A stretch of 64,000 bases of DNA, taken from contig CAZAXH010000004.1 in NCBI GenBank assembly GCA_964489065.1, positions 82,553 through 146,552 on the forward strand, in the 5' to 3' direction. The position numbers were made by a program, and so were the translations under genes. Of the stretch, positions 16,972-25,985 are shown piece after piece. The stretch comes from an uncultured Planctomycetales bacterium (GTDB lineage: Bacteria > Omnitrophota > Gorgyraeia > Zapsychrales > JANLHA01). The notes below the pieces were generated by a model. That model did not search any database, was not told where the DNA came from, and worked only from the letters and a program-made list of their open reading frames with translations. Within the stretch, counting starts at the first letter, position 1, and every line of letters starts with the position of its first letter.

Positions 16972-19128
16972 TCACTCAGCCCAGTCTTTCCGCTGGAATT
17001 TTAAGACCGGCAGAAAATTGGAATATTGGTCCGTCCAGGGGCGCACCGGATCGCCAGACTGAAAAGACACGGGCTCCCATCGCAACACTTCCGTCAATTT
17101 ACGGAAACACGCCTCATCCCAAGTCACCGCCGCCCATTTAGAGAAAAACGTACCCTTCCCTTCCCCCTGGCCCTCCTGAAACGCAACCCGCGCCCCCAAA
17201 TTCACGGCTTCGACCGCCACAATCCTCCGGATATCAGCAAAATGATTCGAGAGGTGAAACAATAACACCCCTTCCGGTTTAAGGTGCGCCCGGTATTCCT
17301 GAAGGGCTTCCAGAGTCATAAGATGAACCGGCACGGAATCGCCGCTGAAGGTGTCGACGATCATGCAATCATACTGTTTGCCCCCGCTGTTCCGAAGTTC
17401 AATCCGGGCGTCCCCAACGACATGACGGATCTCCGCCCCGGAGCCAGACAGGAAGGAAAAATATGTTCGGGCAAGCCGGATGATCTCCGGATCCAACTCA
17501 TAAGAATCCACGCGCTGCCCTGCGCGGAAATAACTCATCACCGACCCCACTCCCAGCCCCAGGCTCGCGATATCATCGAAATGAAATTCCGGGGACTGTA
17601 GCACCCGGCCGACCGGCGAGTTCAGAGCATAATACGCCAGCGGGATATGGGCGCGGTTATCCAGATAGCGGACACCGTGAATGGTCGAGCCGTGCATAAA
17701 AAACCGAAACCCGGACGGCTTGTCATAAATACGGCTGATCCCGTAATAATTGCGCCCTTTGTACACATATTGTCCGCCGGCTAAAGGTTCCAACAACGCG
17801 AAAAAACTTAAAAACACCACCCCTGCTACCTTATAAACTTTCAATGAATGAAAGGCCTCATCCAGCAAAACCTGAAACAACCCTGCGACCACCAGCCATT
17901 CCACCCAGCCGCCCTGAGGAAAAAGAATATAAAGAACGATCGCGGTTAAAACAGCCAGCGCCGCGTGGGAAATCCGAAACAGGTTCTTTTCCCTGGTCAC
18001 CTGCCAAGCCAAAAGACTCACATAAATACCCATAAGGTATTCGACAAAAGAAACCGAGACAACCGGAATCATCCACGTGACCACCATGCCGCCGCAAAAG
18101 CCACCCAGGGAAAAAATAAAATAATAATACGACAGCTGCCGGGAGCCCGGCGGCCGGATATCATACACCTGCCCCTGAATAAACATGCACAGATAAAACA
18201 AGACAGCCAAAAACGCCCCCAGCCCAAACAAAACCGGTAAGACCGTCAGGTTGTAAGTGAAATATAACAAAACACTCACGCCTATCATGCCGAACGGCCG
18301 ATGGGTGATCCATGCCGGACGCCAGGGCCGCTTTTTAAAAACCAAAGCAAAAGAAAGCAGATACAACGCTAACGGAAGAATCCACAAAAGCGGGATCGGC
18401 AGAATTTCCGACGTCAGGATATTCGTGACGGATAAAAGAAGCATGACCCCAGCGGCGCCATAAAGGAACCAACCCCACGCACGGCGGGGGCCGGCCCAAG
18501 AATCCCCCTCCTTCAAACCCTGTTCATAAACCGCCGTGACCGGCACCTGCCGGGCGGCCACCAGCAGCAACCCCAGAAACAATAAATAAAATCCCCGCCA
18601 CCAGGCCTGCTGCTGCGGCAAGGTAAAGAAATATTCAAAGAAAACCGGATACGTCAGCAAACCCGAAAAAGAGCCCCAATTGGACGTCGCAAACAGCTGA
18701 TAAGGGTCGTCCCGCTCCGCCAGGCTGCTTTGCGACAGCCAGGCCTGAAAAAAAACGCTGGACGTGGACAACAAAAAAAACACCAGGCCGATTGACCAGA
18801 ACAACTGCCAAAAAATACCCAAGACCAGCGGCCAAGATGTAAGTCCGGCGGACAGGCCGATGTCTCTTCCCGGGAAAAAAAACAGCGGCAGCACAAACAG
18901 GGCCAGGTGGACATAAAGGTATCTTTTGAGATCAACGGCCCGCAGGATAATATGCATGTAAGAGTATCCGGCCAGAAGCACGACCTGAAAAAAAACCACG
19001 CATGCGCCCCAGACAAGGTATCCGCCGCCGTAATAAGGCATGATCATCTTGCCGATAATAAGTTCAATTTGAAACAACAGGAAGGAAGCAAGAAACAAAG
19101 CCGCTTTCAGCAGATAAATTTTTTTCAT
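16972..19128 (-). CDS. fused MFS-like membrane domain / spermidine-synthase-like (PABS) protein
   Basis: The N-terminal ~450 aa are polytopic. The C-terminal ~250 aa form an aminopropyltransferase-like fold (GLGVGS, YDCMIVDTFSGDSVP, LKPEGVLL). The architecture is that of the 'fused MFS/spermidine synthase' proteins. Confidence 0.7.
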   Translation of the reverse strand: MKKIYLLKAALFLASFLLFQIELIIGKMIMPYYGGGYLVWGACVVFFQVVLLAGYSYMHIILRAVDLKRYLYVHLALFVLPLFFFPGRDIGLSAGLTSWPLVLGIFWQLFWSIGLVFFLLSTSSVFFQAWLSQSSLAERDDPYQLFATSNWGSFSGLLTYPVFFEYFFTLPQQQAWWRGFYLLFLGLLLVAARQVPVTAVYEQGLKEGDSWAGPRRAWGWFLYGAAGVMLLLSVTNILTSEILPIPLLWILPLALYLLSFALVFKKRPWRPAWITHRPFGMIGVSVLLYFTYNLTVLPVLFGLGAFLAVLFYLCMFIQGQVYDIRPPGSRQLSYYYFIFSLGGFCGGMVVTWMIPVVSVSFVEYLMGIYVSLLAWQVTREKNLFRISHAALAVLTAIVLYILFPQGGWVEWLVVAGLFQVLLDEAFHSLKVYKVAGVVFLSFFALLEPLAGGQYVYKGRNYYGISRIYDKPSGFRFFMHGSTIHGVRYLDNRAHIPLAYYALNSPVGRVLQSPEFHFDDIASLGLGVGSVMSYFRAGQRVDSYELDPEIIRLARTYFSFLSGSGAEIRHVVGDARIELRNSGGKQYDCMIVDTFSGDSVPVHLMTLEALQEYRAHLKPEGVLLFHLSNHFADIRRIVAVEAVNLGARVAFQEGQGEGKGTFFSKWAAVTWDEACFRKLTEVLRWEPVSFQSGDPVRPWTDQYSNFLPVLKFQRKDWAE

Positions 19129-19187
19129 CGCTCTTTCTCGAATGAGGGTATCAGGAAGCCTTAAAACACGGAAAGAATCATCGCCGC

Positions 19188-19550
19188 TTAACCGATCAAT
19201 TCTTTGATTTTCTGAAGCAAAAGTTCCGGAGCTCCGGATTTCGGAAAATACGCATCCGCACCGGCGTCATAACCGCGTTGGGCATCGTCATCCCGGCCCC
19301 GGACCGAACACATCAAGACAGGGATTTTCTGCAATGCCGGGTCCGCTTTGAGAAGCCGGCAGACCCGGCATCCATCGATATCCGGCAAAATGACATCCAG
19401 CAAAACAAGATCAGGGCGTTCCAGGCGGGTCTTGTTCACCGCCTCCTGGCCGTCCTTGGCGGTCACGACGGCAAACCCTTCTTTTTGGAAATAAGAATGA
19501 AAAACATTACGAAAAAACGAGGAGTCTTCACACACCAAAATCTTTTTCAC
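19188..19550 (-). CDS. single-domain response regulator (REC only)
   Basis: MKKILVCEDSSFFRNV...PDLVLLDVILPDIDG...CSVRGRDDDA..YDAGADAYFPK. Asp and Lys signature positions are present; 120 aa. Confidence 0.85.
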   Translation of the reverse strand: MKKILVCEDSSFFRNVFHSYFQKEGFAVVTAKDGQEAVNKTRLERPDLVLLDVILPDIDGCRVCRLLKADPALQKIPVLMCSVRGRDDDAQRGYDAGADAYFPKSGAPELLLQKIKELIG

Positions 19551-19609
19551 CGCACCCCCCTCCCGGTCCCTGCGGTCCGGACCTGCACAGACGCCGGATC
19601 CGGACGGGC

Positions 19610-19981
19610 TCAGGGCTTCCCTGCAAGAAATTCCTTGAGTTTTTCCAACAGCTTCTCCGGCCCGATCGTTTTGGGGATATACGCGTCCGCCCCCACCTGA
19701 AACCCCAAGGCCTGGTCGCTCTCTTCCGCCTTGGCTGTAAATATGATGATCGGTATTTTTTTGTACTTCTCGTCAAATTTCAGCATCCGGCAGATTTTCA
19801 GCCCGTCAATTTTCGGCAGCATCAGATCCAGAAGAATCAGGTCGGGATGATCATTGCGCGCCTTAGCCAAAGCATCATACCCATTGTCAGCGGTCAGGAC
19901 TTCATACCCGTTCGCTTTTAATGTTTCATATAAAAGATCACATAAGGCCTTGGAGTCTTCACATAATAATATTGTTTTCAT
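19610..19981 (-). CDS. single-domain response regulator (REC only)
   Basis: MKTILLCEDSKALCDLL...PDLILLDLMLPKIDG...IIIFTAKAEESD..GADAYIPK. The start is trimmed to MKTIL. Confidence 0.85.
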   Translation of the reverse strand: MKTILLCEDSKALCDLLYETLKANGYEVLTADNGYDALAKARNDHPDLILLDLMLPKIDGLKICRMLKFDEKYKKIPIIIFTAKAEESDQALGFQVGADAYIPKTIGPEKLLEKLKEFLAGKP

Positions 19982-20071
19982 ACATCGCCTCAACTGGTAA
20001 AAGCTGTTTGTCTATTATAACGAAATGCCTCGGATTTAACAATAAGCTTCTGCCCGCACCCTCTTTTGTTC

Positions 20072-22102
20072 TTACGGTTTTAACGCCTCCGCCTGCGTGA
20101 TCAGGTCCTTAAAGCGCGGATCGTCCGGAGCCCGGTGTTGCCCCTCCTGCCAGGTTGCGATGGCGCGGGTGAAGTCATCCCTGTTGCCATAAAATTTTCC
20201 AAGCTCCACATAAGCGGCCGGATAATCCGGGTCCTTTTCCAGGGCTTTCTGGAAAAAAGACAACGCGGCCGGAGCCGCCCCAGCGGCCGCGAAGCGGCTG
20301 CCCAGAGCGGTCAACCTCCCCGCATCCGTACCCTCCGCCAGTACCCGCTGCGCCGCTTCCAGCGCCGACGGCTGCAATCCCGCCTCCAGATACAACTCCG
20401 TTAAATTATACAGGCTTTCTTCCTCATGCGGATCATATTTAAGAATATTCTGATATATTTCAATCGCGCGAAGATGCTCGCCCTGTTGCTGATACACCAA
20501 CGCCAGATTGCGGCGGGCTTCCAGCAACGCCGGATTCAGGGATTGGACTTTCAGAAAAACCTCCTGCGCCTGCTGCAGCTGCCCCGTCCGTAGATATAAC
20601 ACGCCCAGGTTGCTCCAGGTTTCGGCATATTCAGGATTCACGCCCAGGGCCTTTTCAAAATAATCCCGGGCCTCAAGGACGTTCCCCTCTTCCAGGAAAA
20701 TAAGGCCGAGATTATTCAATGTTTTATAACTCCGGGGATCCAGCCGGATAGCGTGATACAACATCTGTTTGGCGGCCCGGTAGTTCCCCACCCCCATATA
20801 CGCCGCGGCCAGATTATCATAAGGCCGCACTTTACGGGGAGATTTGCGGAGCACGTCCGTCCAGAGCGTCACCGGATTCTTCCACACGGCATTTCTCTGA
20901 TAAGTCAAAATGCCAAGCCCCGCCAGCCAAACCCCTATCACCACATAAAAAAACACACGGTTTTTAAACAGGGCCTGGAATCCTGACACGGCGAAAAGCG
21001 CAAAGCCGGTCAAAGCCAGATAAAGCCAATGCTCAAAAATCATATCCTTCCCCAGCAAAGCGCTTGACAGGAATTCCATCATCAGGCTGACAAGGAACCA
21101 AATAACGCAAAAGCTGAAAACCCGCCGCCGGTTAAACTGCCGGCACGCCCAGGCCGCCAGCCCCACGATCAGGATGATGGACAGAAGCGTCTGCCCTTCC
21201 CACACGCTTTGCGCCCGGGGGAAATCGTAATCCAAATTCTGCCGCACAGGCGCCAGGCATAACCAAAAATACGTTCTCAAAGCGTTCAAAGCCGTCAACC
21301 CGTTATTGACATGGAACCGGCCTGTGGCAAGCTGTTCCCGCAGGTCAACGATAGAAGATGACCGCTCCGCCAGCAGGCTAAAAGGGATAATAAACCAGGT
21401 CAAAAAAAACGGGGACAGCCGTTTCAGGCCCCCCAGGAGGCTCTCGTAGGAGCGGCGGATAAAAAACACGTGGATAATAAAAAGCATCAACGGCAGCGTA
21501 AAGGCGAGCTCTTTGGAAAACATCGCCAGAACCGCCGCGGCCAGGGAGGCGATATAATAATCCCGGTGGGCGGCACCGGCCCATTTGAGATAAAAAACAA
21601 TAGAAAGCAAATAAAAAAACACGGCTAAAAGCACGGCCCTTTGGGAAATATAATTGACCGCCTGGGTCTGCAAAGGATGTGCCAGGAAAACCAAAGCGGT
21701 CAACACGGCGGTGACCGCCGGCGCGCCGGCGTCAGCGGCGGAACGGCTTTCAAAAAACGGTGTCTGTAAAAGCTTCCTCACAAACACGAAGACCAAAAAC
21801 GCGTTCATAAAATGAAGCAGCAGATTGACCACATGATACCCGAAAACATCAAGTCCGCCGAACCGGTAGTTAAGCGCAAAGCTTAAACCCGTTACAAACC
21901 GGGTGTTGAAACTCGCCCATAGCGCCGGCCAATTCCAGAGAGAACGAACGGCGGGATTATGAATAATAAAGATATCGTCATCCAGGTGAAAAGTATTGTG
22001 GAGTGAGTTAGCATAAATCGTCCCGCCCAAAAGGACGATCAGGACAAAGGCGGCAACCCGGGCCCGGTCGGTAAATAACGACATTTTCTCTTGATTTTGC
22101 AT
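20072..22102 (-). CDS. PMT/TMTC-like membrane protein with C-terminal TPR repeats, paralog 3
   Basis: Polytopic N-terminal domain with HLDDDIFIIHNPAV loop motif; C-terminal ~250 aa TPR repeats. The start is trimmed to MQNQEK (GGAG 9 nt upstream) because 22125-22222 is a repeat remnant. Confidence 0.65.
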   Translation of the reverse strand: MQNQEKMSLFTDRARVAAFVLIVLLGGTIYANSLHNTFHLDDDIFIIHNPAVRSLWNWPALWASFNTRFVTGLSFALNYRFGGLDVFGYHVVNLLLHFMNAFLVFVFVRKLLQTPFFESRSAADAGAPAVTAVLTALVFLAHPLQTQAVNYISQRAVLLAVFFYLLSIVFYLKWAGAAHRDYYIASLAAAVLAMFSKELAFTLPLMLFIIHVFFIRRSYESLLGGLKRLSPFFLTWFIIPFSLLAERSSSIVDLREQLATGRFHVNNGLTALNALRTYFWLCLAPVRQNLDYDFPRAQSVWEGQTLLSIILIVGLAAWACRQFNRRRVFSFCVIWFLVSLMMEFLSSALLGKDMIFEHWLYLALTGFALFAVSGFQALFKNRVFFYVVIGVWLAGLGILTYQRNAVWKNPVTLWTDVLRKSPRKVRPYDNLAAAYMGVGNYRAAKQMLYHAIRLDPRSYKTLNNLGLIFLEEGNVLEARDYFEKALGVNPEYAETWSNLGVLYLRTGQLQQAQEVFLKVQSLNPALLEARRNLALVYQQQGEHLRAIEIYQNILKYDPHEEESLYNLTELYLEAGLQPSALEAAQRVLAEGTDAGRLTALGSRFAAAGAAPAALSFFQKALEKDPDYPAAYVELGKFYGNRDDFTRAIATWQEGQHRAPDDPRFKDLITQAEALKP

Positions 22103-22124
22103 CAGCGGGAATTCTCCGGTCAAC

Positions 22125-22262
22125 AAAAAAGCATGAACCCCAAAGCAAGCCCTAGACCCAATGAACCGCAGCAACCTGCGGGGTATTACACACACATCCT
22201 TCGACCCGTTCGCCTGGCTCACTAATATTTTTCTCAGAGCCGGCGGCCTCTTCCCCCGGTCT
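22125..22262 (+). repeat. degenerate copy (G) of the intergenic element (promoter-proximal module plus decayed core)
   Basis: tgaaccccaaagcaagccctagacccaatgaaccgcagcaacctgcgggg is followed by catccttcgacc...ggtcttgggtgtattctaatggataagacggc. The first part aligns to copy E at 62803-62860. Confidence 0.4.
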
Positions 22263-22470
22263 TGGGTGTATTCTAATGGATAAGACGGCAGGAAACAATC
22301 ATTAACCCGAATTTTTCATTTGCACAAAACGTACAGATGAAAAATGTCGACTTCCATAGTGTCCATTGCCGGGAAAGCCACGGATTATCCCGCATTCCTC
22401 AATTTCTATTTTAAAAAGAAGGAATCAATCTCTGCCCCCTGCCTTTTCCGGCATCCGGACGAGAGAAAAC

Positions 22471-22520
22471 AAAAAAGCCGTCCTGTCAACGCGCTTATTG
22501 TTCCCGCATAACAAGACGGC
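22471..22520 (-). terminator. rho-independent terminator downstream of tRNA-Phe
   Basis: A 10-bp stem GCCGTCTTGT/ACAGGACGGC is followed by UUUUUU on the minus strand. Confidence 0.5.
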
Positions 22521-22531
22521 TTATAAATAGA

Positions 22532-22607
22532 TGGTGCCGAGACCCAGAATTGAACTGGGGACGCAAGGCTTTTCAGGCCTTCGCTCTACCAACTGAGCTA
22601 TCTCGGC
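22532..22607 (-). tRNA. tRNA-Phe (anticodon GAA), CCA encoded
   Basis: The minus-strand sequence GCCGAGATAGCTCAGTTGGTAGAGCGAAGGCCTGAAAAGCCTTGCGTCCCCAGTTCAATTCTGGGTCTCGGCACCA folds as a clean cloverleaf. The anticodon loop is CTGAAAA. Confidence 0.9.
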
Positions 22608-22673
22608 ACACAAGTTTCAACATTTTAAATAAGAGTGGCGCAATTGTCAACAACTCTTATCAAAGACCGGCCA

Positions 22674-23081
22674 CTATTCATACAAAGCTTTCTCTATCTT
22701 CACATAAACATCCTGGGCCACCCGGATACGCGGTAAAAAGGCTTTCCGGGCCTTCACAGACAGCTTAACCATGGAATTGGAAATGCTGTAAAGAGTTAGG
22801 GTAACCCGGTTCCCCTGAATATTCACAATAATAATTCCCCCGGGTTCATTCTGTTCCTGAATAACGCCCATCACAGAAACAACTTCCAGCGCCCGGTCCC
22901 AGACTTCCGTGAAATCCCCGCTCATCACGCCCTCTACGGTATCCGGGCTCACCACATACCCGCCCAGGGCCCCGACGCCGCCTACGACCAGGTAAATGCA
23001 ACCGTACAGCGAAACGCTGAACAAACATAATAAAATTCCAGGAAGAGTCTTTTTTTGTCCCCACCCCCAAAACATTATCAC
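22674..23081 (-). CDS. hypothetical small lipoprotein
   Basis: Signal with LYGC lipobox (...CLFSVSLYGCIYL); 135 aa; no domain recognised. Confidence 0.45.
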   Translation of the reverse strand: MIMFWGWGQKKTLPGILLCLFSVSLYGCIYLVVGGVGALGGYVVSPDTVEGVMSGDFTEVWDRALEVVSVMGVIQEQNEPGGIIIVNIQGNRVTLTLYSISNSMVKLSVKARKAFLPRIRVAQDVYVKIEKALYE

Positions 23082-23204
23082 CGTCCTTCCTGATAAAATT
23101 TTACAGGACCATTAAGAACTCAAATCTATTCTTAAAAATTACTTGAGTATAAATTTATAAGTAATTCCCGGGAATGTCCTCATCTTTATGGAACAAGGCC
23201 GCCA

Positions 23205-23285
23205 TTATCCCTTATTGGGTTTGGTGCCGTGGTTCGCTTTTTTGGAACGCCAATTCAGCTTGCCTCTTCGTTTCTTCTTGCTCAT
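23205..23285 (-). CDS. 26-aa highly basic micro-protein, possible ribosomal protein bTHX-like
   Basis: Hand-translated from ATG at 23285 as MSKKKRRGKLNWRSKKANHGTKPNKG followed by TAA. GGAGG lies 10 nt upstream. The composition and an RRGK-L/I-W-R core resemble Thermus THX ([24 protein letters not shown]). Not in the ORF track because it is under 60 aa. Confidence 0.35.
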   Translation of the reverse strand: MSKKKRRGKLNWRSKKANHGTKPNKG

Positions 23286-23416
23286 CTAAAAAACACCTCC
23301 TCTATCGTGCCAGCCACAGAATTTTGCTCTTAACCTGAATAGTTATTTAAAGTTACATTTATAGCAGGAATACAAAAAAAAGCAACAAAAAATTCGCGCT
23401 CCTGGCATTTAAAGCT

Positions 23417-24070
23417 TCAGCCGGTCCCGTTGATATCCTCCAGGATTTTGACAAAGTCCCGGATATCCTTAATAAGCGCATAGGGTTTTAATTCCTGCAA
23501 CTCGTCCTTTGTGGAAGATCCCGTAACCACAGCAACGGTTTTGATCCCCGCTCTTTGGCCTGTCTGAATGTCAATCGTCATATCCCCTACGTACAGGCAC
23601 TGGGCCGGACAAAGGTCAAATTTCAGCATGATTGTTTTTAAAATATCCGGATAGGGCTTGGGCCGGTGAACCCGGTCCCCGCACAGGACATAATCAAAAT
23701 AATCTTTAAGGCCCAGATGCCGGATCAGGAGATCACTGAACAGTGTCGGCCGGTTGCTCGCCACCGCGATTTTGTATCCCCGCTGCTTGAGATAGTTTAA
23801 AACCCGTTTGGCGCCCGGCAGGGTTTTAGACCCCGTCTTCAGCGATGTCTGATGATGCTTCCGGTAGACGGTGAGGATTGGGTCGAGATCTTTCTCCCCG
23901 ACAAAACTTTGCAAAAGATGGCGGTCCCCCCAGCCGACGGTCTTTTTAATCGTTTCGGCGCTCACCGGAGGGAACCCGAACTTTTTCATCGTATAATTAA
24001 TGCTGCGCTCCACGGGCCTGTAGGCGTCGACAAGCGTACCATCCAGATCAAAGATGACCAATTGAATCAT
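23417..24070 (-). CDS. HAD-superfamily hydrolase (phosphoglycolate-phosphatase-like)
   Basis: MIQLVIFDLDGTLVDAY is HAD motif I (DxDGT), with S/T motif II and K...DD motifs downstream. The start is trimmed to MIQLV. Confidence 0.8.
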   Translation of the reverse strand: MIQLVIFDLDGTLVDAYRPVERSINYTMKKFGFPPVSAETIKKTVGWGDRHLLQSFVGEKDLDPILTVYRKHHQTSLKTGSKTLPGAKRVLNYLKQRGYKIAVASNRPTLFSDLLIRHLGLKDYFDYVLCGDRVHRPKPYPDILKTIMLKFDLCPAQCLYVGDMTIDIQTGQRAGIKTVAVVTGSSTKDELQELKPYALIKDIRDFVKILEDINGTG

Positions 24071-24141
24071 TATGATATTCTTCCTCCTCAACGGACTTTC
24101 GGCCCGCCGGGCAAAAGACCGCACGGCCACGCATGCGGTCT

Positions 24142-24327
24142 TTATTCCTTCACCATATACAACAGAAGCAGCCCCCCCAAGGCGACCCCCATGCCGATGG
24201 CCCCTTTAAATAAACTCACCACATCCTGCCACCAAACCAGGATCATAACGATGCCTGCAATCAAAACCGCAAAACCGCATGCGAGCAAAGCCGACCGGCT
24301 TGATTTAATCTTTTTATCCAAAGACAT
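24142..24327 (-). CDS. small membrane protein (61 aa), hypothetical
   Basis: Two TM helices, on the same strand between the LpxL-like and HAD genes; weak support. Confidence 0.3.
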   Translation of the reverse strand: MSLDKKIKSSRSALLACGFAVLIAGIVMILVWWQDVVSLFKGAIGMGVALGGLLLLYMVKE

Positions 24328-24351
24328 CCTTCCTCCTCGGAAGCGCCCTCC

Positions 24352-25323
24352 TCAGGATATGGGGGAAGCCGCTTCTCCTGATGAAACCAGAGCCGACACG
24401 CCAGCCGGCTCTTCTTGAATTTTCTTCCAACGCTTATGCATCCATCCCCATTCATGGGGATACCGGCGGATATACTGTTCAATAATTTTCGTCAAGGCCG
24501 CGACATTCCTCCGGATCGTTTCTTCGTCTGATCCGCATTTTTTCAGAGGCATCTCCGGCTCGATAAAAATCTTCTGCTGACTCCCTTCCTGCCGGACGTT
24601 AAAAACCGGCAGGATCGGGGCCCCGGTACGGTTAGCAATCACAACGGCGCCGGGAGCGGTTGCCGCCTGCTGCCCAAAAAATTCTACAAAGACTCCGCCT
24701 TCGCTGCCAAAATGCTGATCCATAAGAATAAACAGCAGCTCATTATTCCTCAAAACTTTCAGGGACTCCAGCACGCATTGCCGGCGGGGCTGCGTGTAAA
24801 TCGTATGCACCTTCTCCCGGTCCATAATCTTTAGAATCACATCCGCGATCTTCTCATCCCGGGCGCGCCGCATAATCACGTTCACTTTATACCCCATCTG
24901 CGCCATCTGCAGCATCATCAGGGGGAAATTCCCATAATGAGCCGTGACCAGAATAACGCCTTTCCCTTTCTTGAGCGCGTCATCCAGACGCTCTTTCCCT
25001 TCAAAAGAAAAAAGGTTGACCACTTCTTTCGGATAACGGGAAAAATACAAAAGCTCAATAATCCCCTTGCGGATCGTTTTAAAACAGTCCTGGACAATTT
25101 GTTCGATCTGCTCTTGTGTTTTTTCCTGCCCGAAAGCGATCCGCAGGCTCTCCCGGGCTATCCGCTTAAGGCGGAACGTCACCCGGAATGCCGCAGACAG
25201 CAAAAAATTCAACACCCCCCTTACCATCACAAAAGGCAGATGTTCTACCAGGAAACACCCCAATAACATGCCGTAACGGGCTGCGGCCCTGGACATCTTT
25301 TTTTGAAAAGTACGAAAATCCAT
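24352..25323 (-). CDS. lipid A biosynthesis (Kdo2-lipid IVA) lauroyl/myristoyl acyltransferase family (LpxL/HtrB-like)
   Basis: N-terminal TM helix, then the LPLAT-type region ...VILVTAHYGNFPLM...ANRTGAPILPV..., consistent with PF03279-type acyltransferases. Confidence 0.75.
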   Translation of the reverse strand: MDFRTFQKKMSRAAARYGMLLGCFLVEHLPFVMVRGVLNFLLSAAFRVTFRLKRIARESLRIAFGQEKTQEQIEQIVQDCFKTIRKGIIELLYFSRYPKEVVNLFSFEGKERLDDALKKGKGVILVTAHYGNFPLMMLQMAQMGYKVNVIMRRARDEKIADVILKIMDREKVHTIYTQPRRQCVLESLKVLRNNELLFILMDQHFGSEGGVFVEFFGQQAATAPGAVVIANRTGAPILPVFNVRQEGSQQKIFIEPEMPLKKCGSDEETIRRNVAALTKIIEQYIRRYPHEWGWMHKRWKKIQEEPAGVSALVSSGEAASPIS

Positions 25324-25400
25324 TTCCCGACTCTGCTCTATATGATCAATCCCTCTCGCCAGAACTAGGGGCGGGAAGGCCGGCCCGACGCTGACAAAGC

Positions 25401-25883
25401 TTAACGTTTATATCCAATCTTCCTTAAAAAATCTTTTCTCCAAGCGACATCCTTCTCGTCCTCAATCCCGGCCGACTTTATCCCGTCGATCACGCCCAGC
25501 ACCCCCCGGCCGGTTCCATTATCCGCCACAATCACCTCCAAAGGATTCGCGGTGGCGGCGAACACAGAACAAACTTCGCACACGCTTTTAACAGCGTTTA
25601 AGATATTAATCGGAAACCCGTTCTGCATGCAGATGATAAACATGTGCCCCGCTCCGATCCTGACCGCGTTGTCCGCAGCCAAAGCCTTCATCCCCTCATC
25701 GTTGCCTTCCACCCTCACTTTGCACGCACCGGAAGCCTCACAAAACGCAACGCCGAATTTCAGGCCAGGCGAAGAGGACACAACAACTTCATACAAATCC
25801 TCCACCGTCTTGATAAAATGAGTCTGCCCCAAGACCACGTTCACGTCATCTGGCTTCCGGACAGGCACGTTGATAATGTCCAT
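25401..25883 (-). CDS. COG1839-like protein (adenosine-specific kinase family), tentative
   Basis: 160 aa; GQTHFIKTVEDLYEVV...GLKFGVAFCEASG...VRVEGND. The assignment is by recollection of the family and is weak. Confidence 0.3.
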   Translation of the reverse strand: MDIINVPVRKPDDVNVVLGQTHFIKTVEDLYEVVVSSSPGLKFGVAFCEASGACKVRVEGNDEGMKALAADNAVRIGAGHMFIICMQNGFPINILNAVKSVCEVCSVFAATANPLEVIVADNGTGRGVLGVIDGIKSAGIEDEKDVAWRKDFLRKIGYKR

Positions 25884-25985
25884 AGGCCCTCTCCTTCAAA
25901 CGGCTCGTCTGATTAACGGCCTGTTTTATATTTTATCACCTGACACTTTCCCGAAGCACGCCGTATCCCAGCGGCGGAAACCGTG

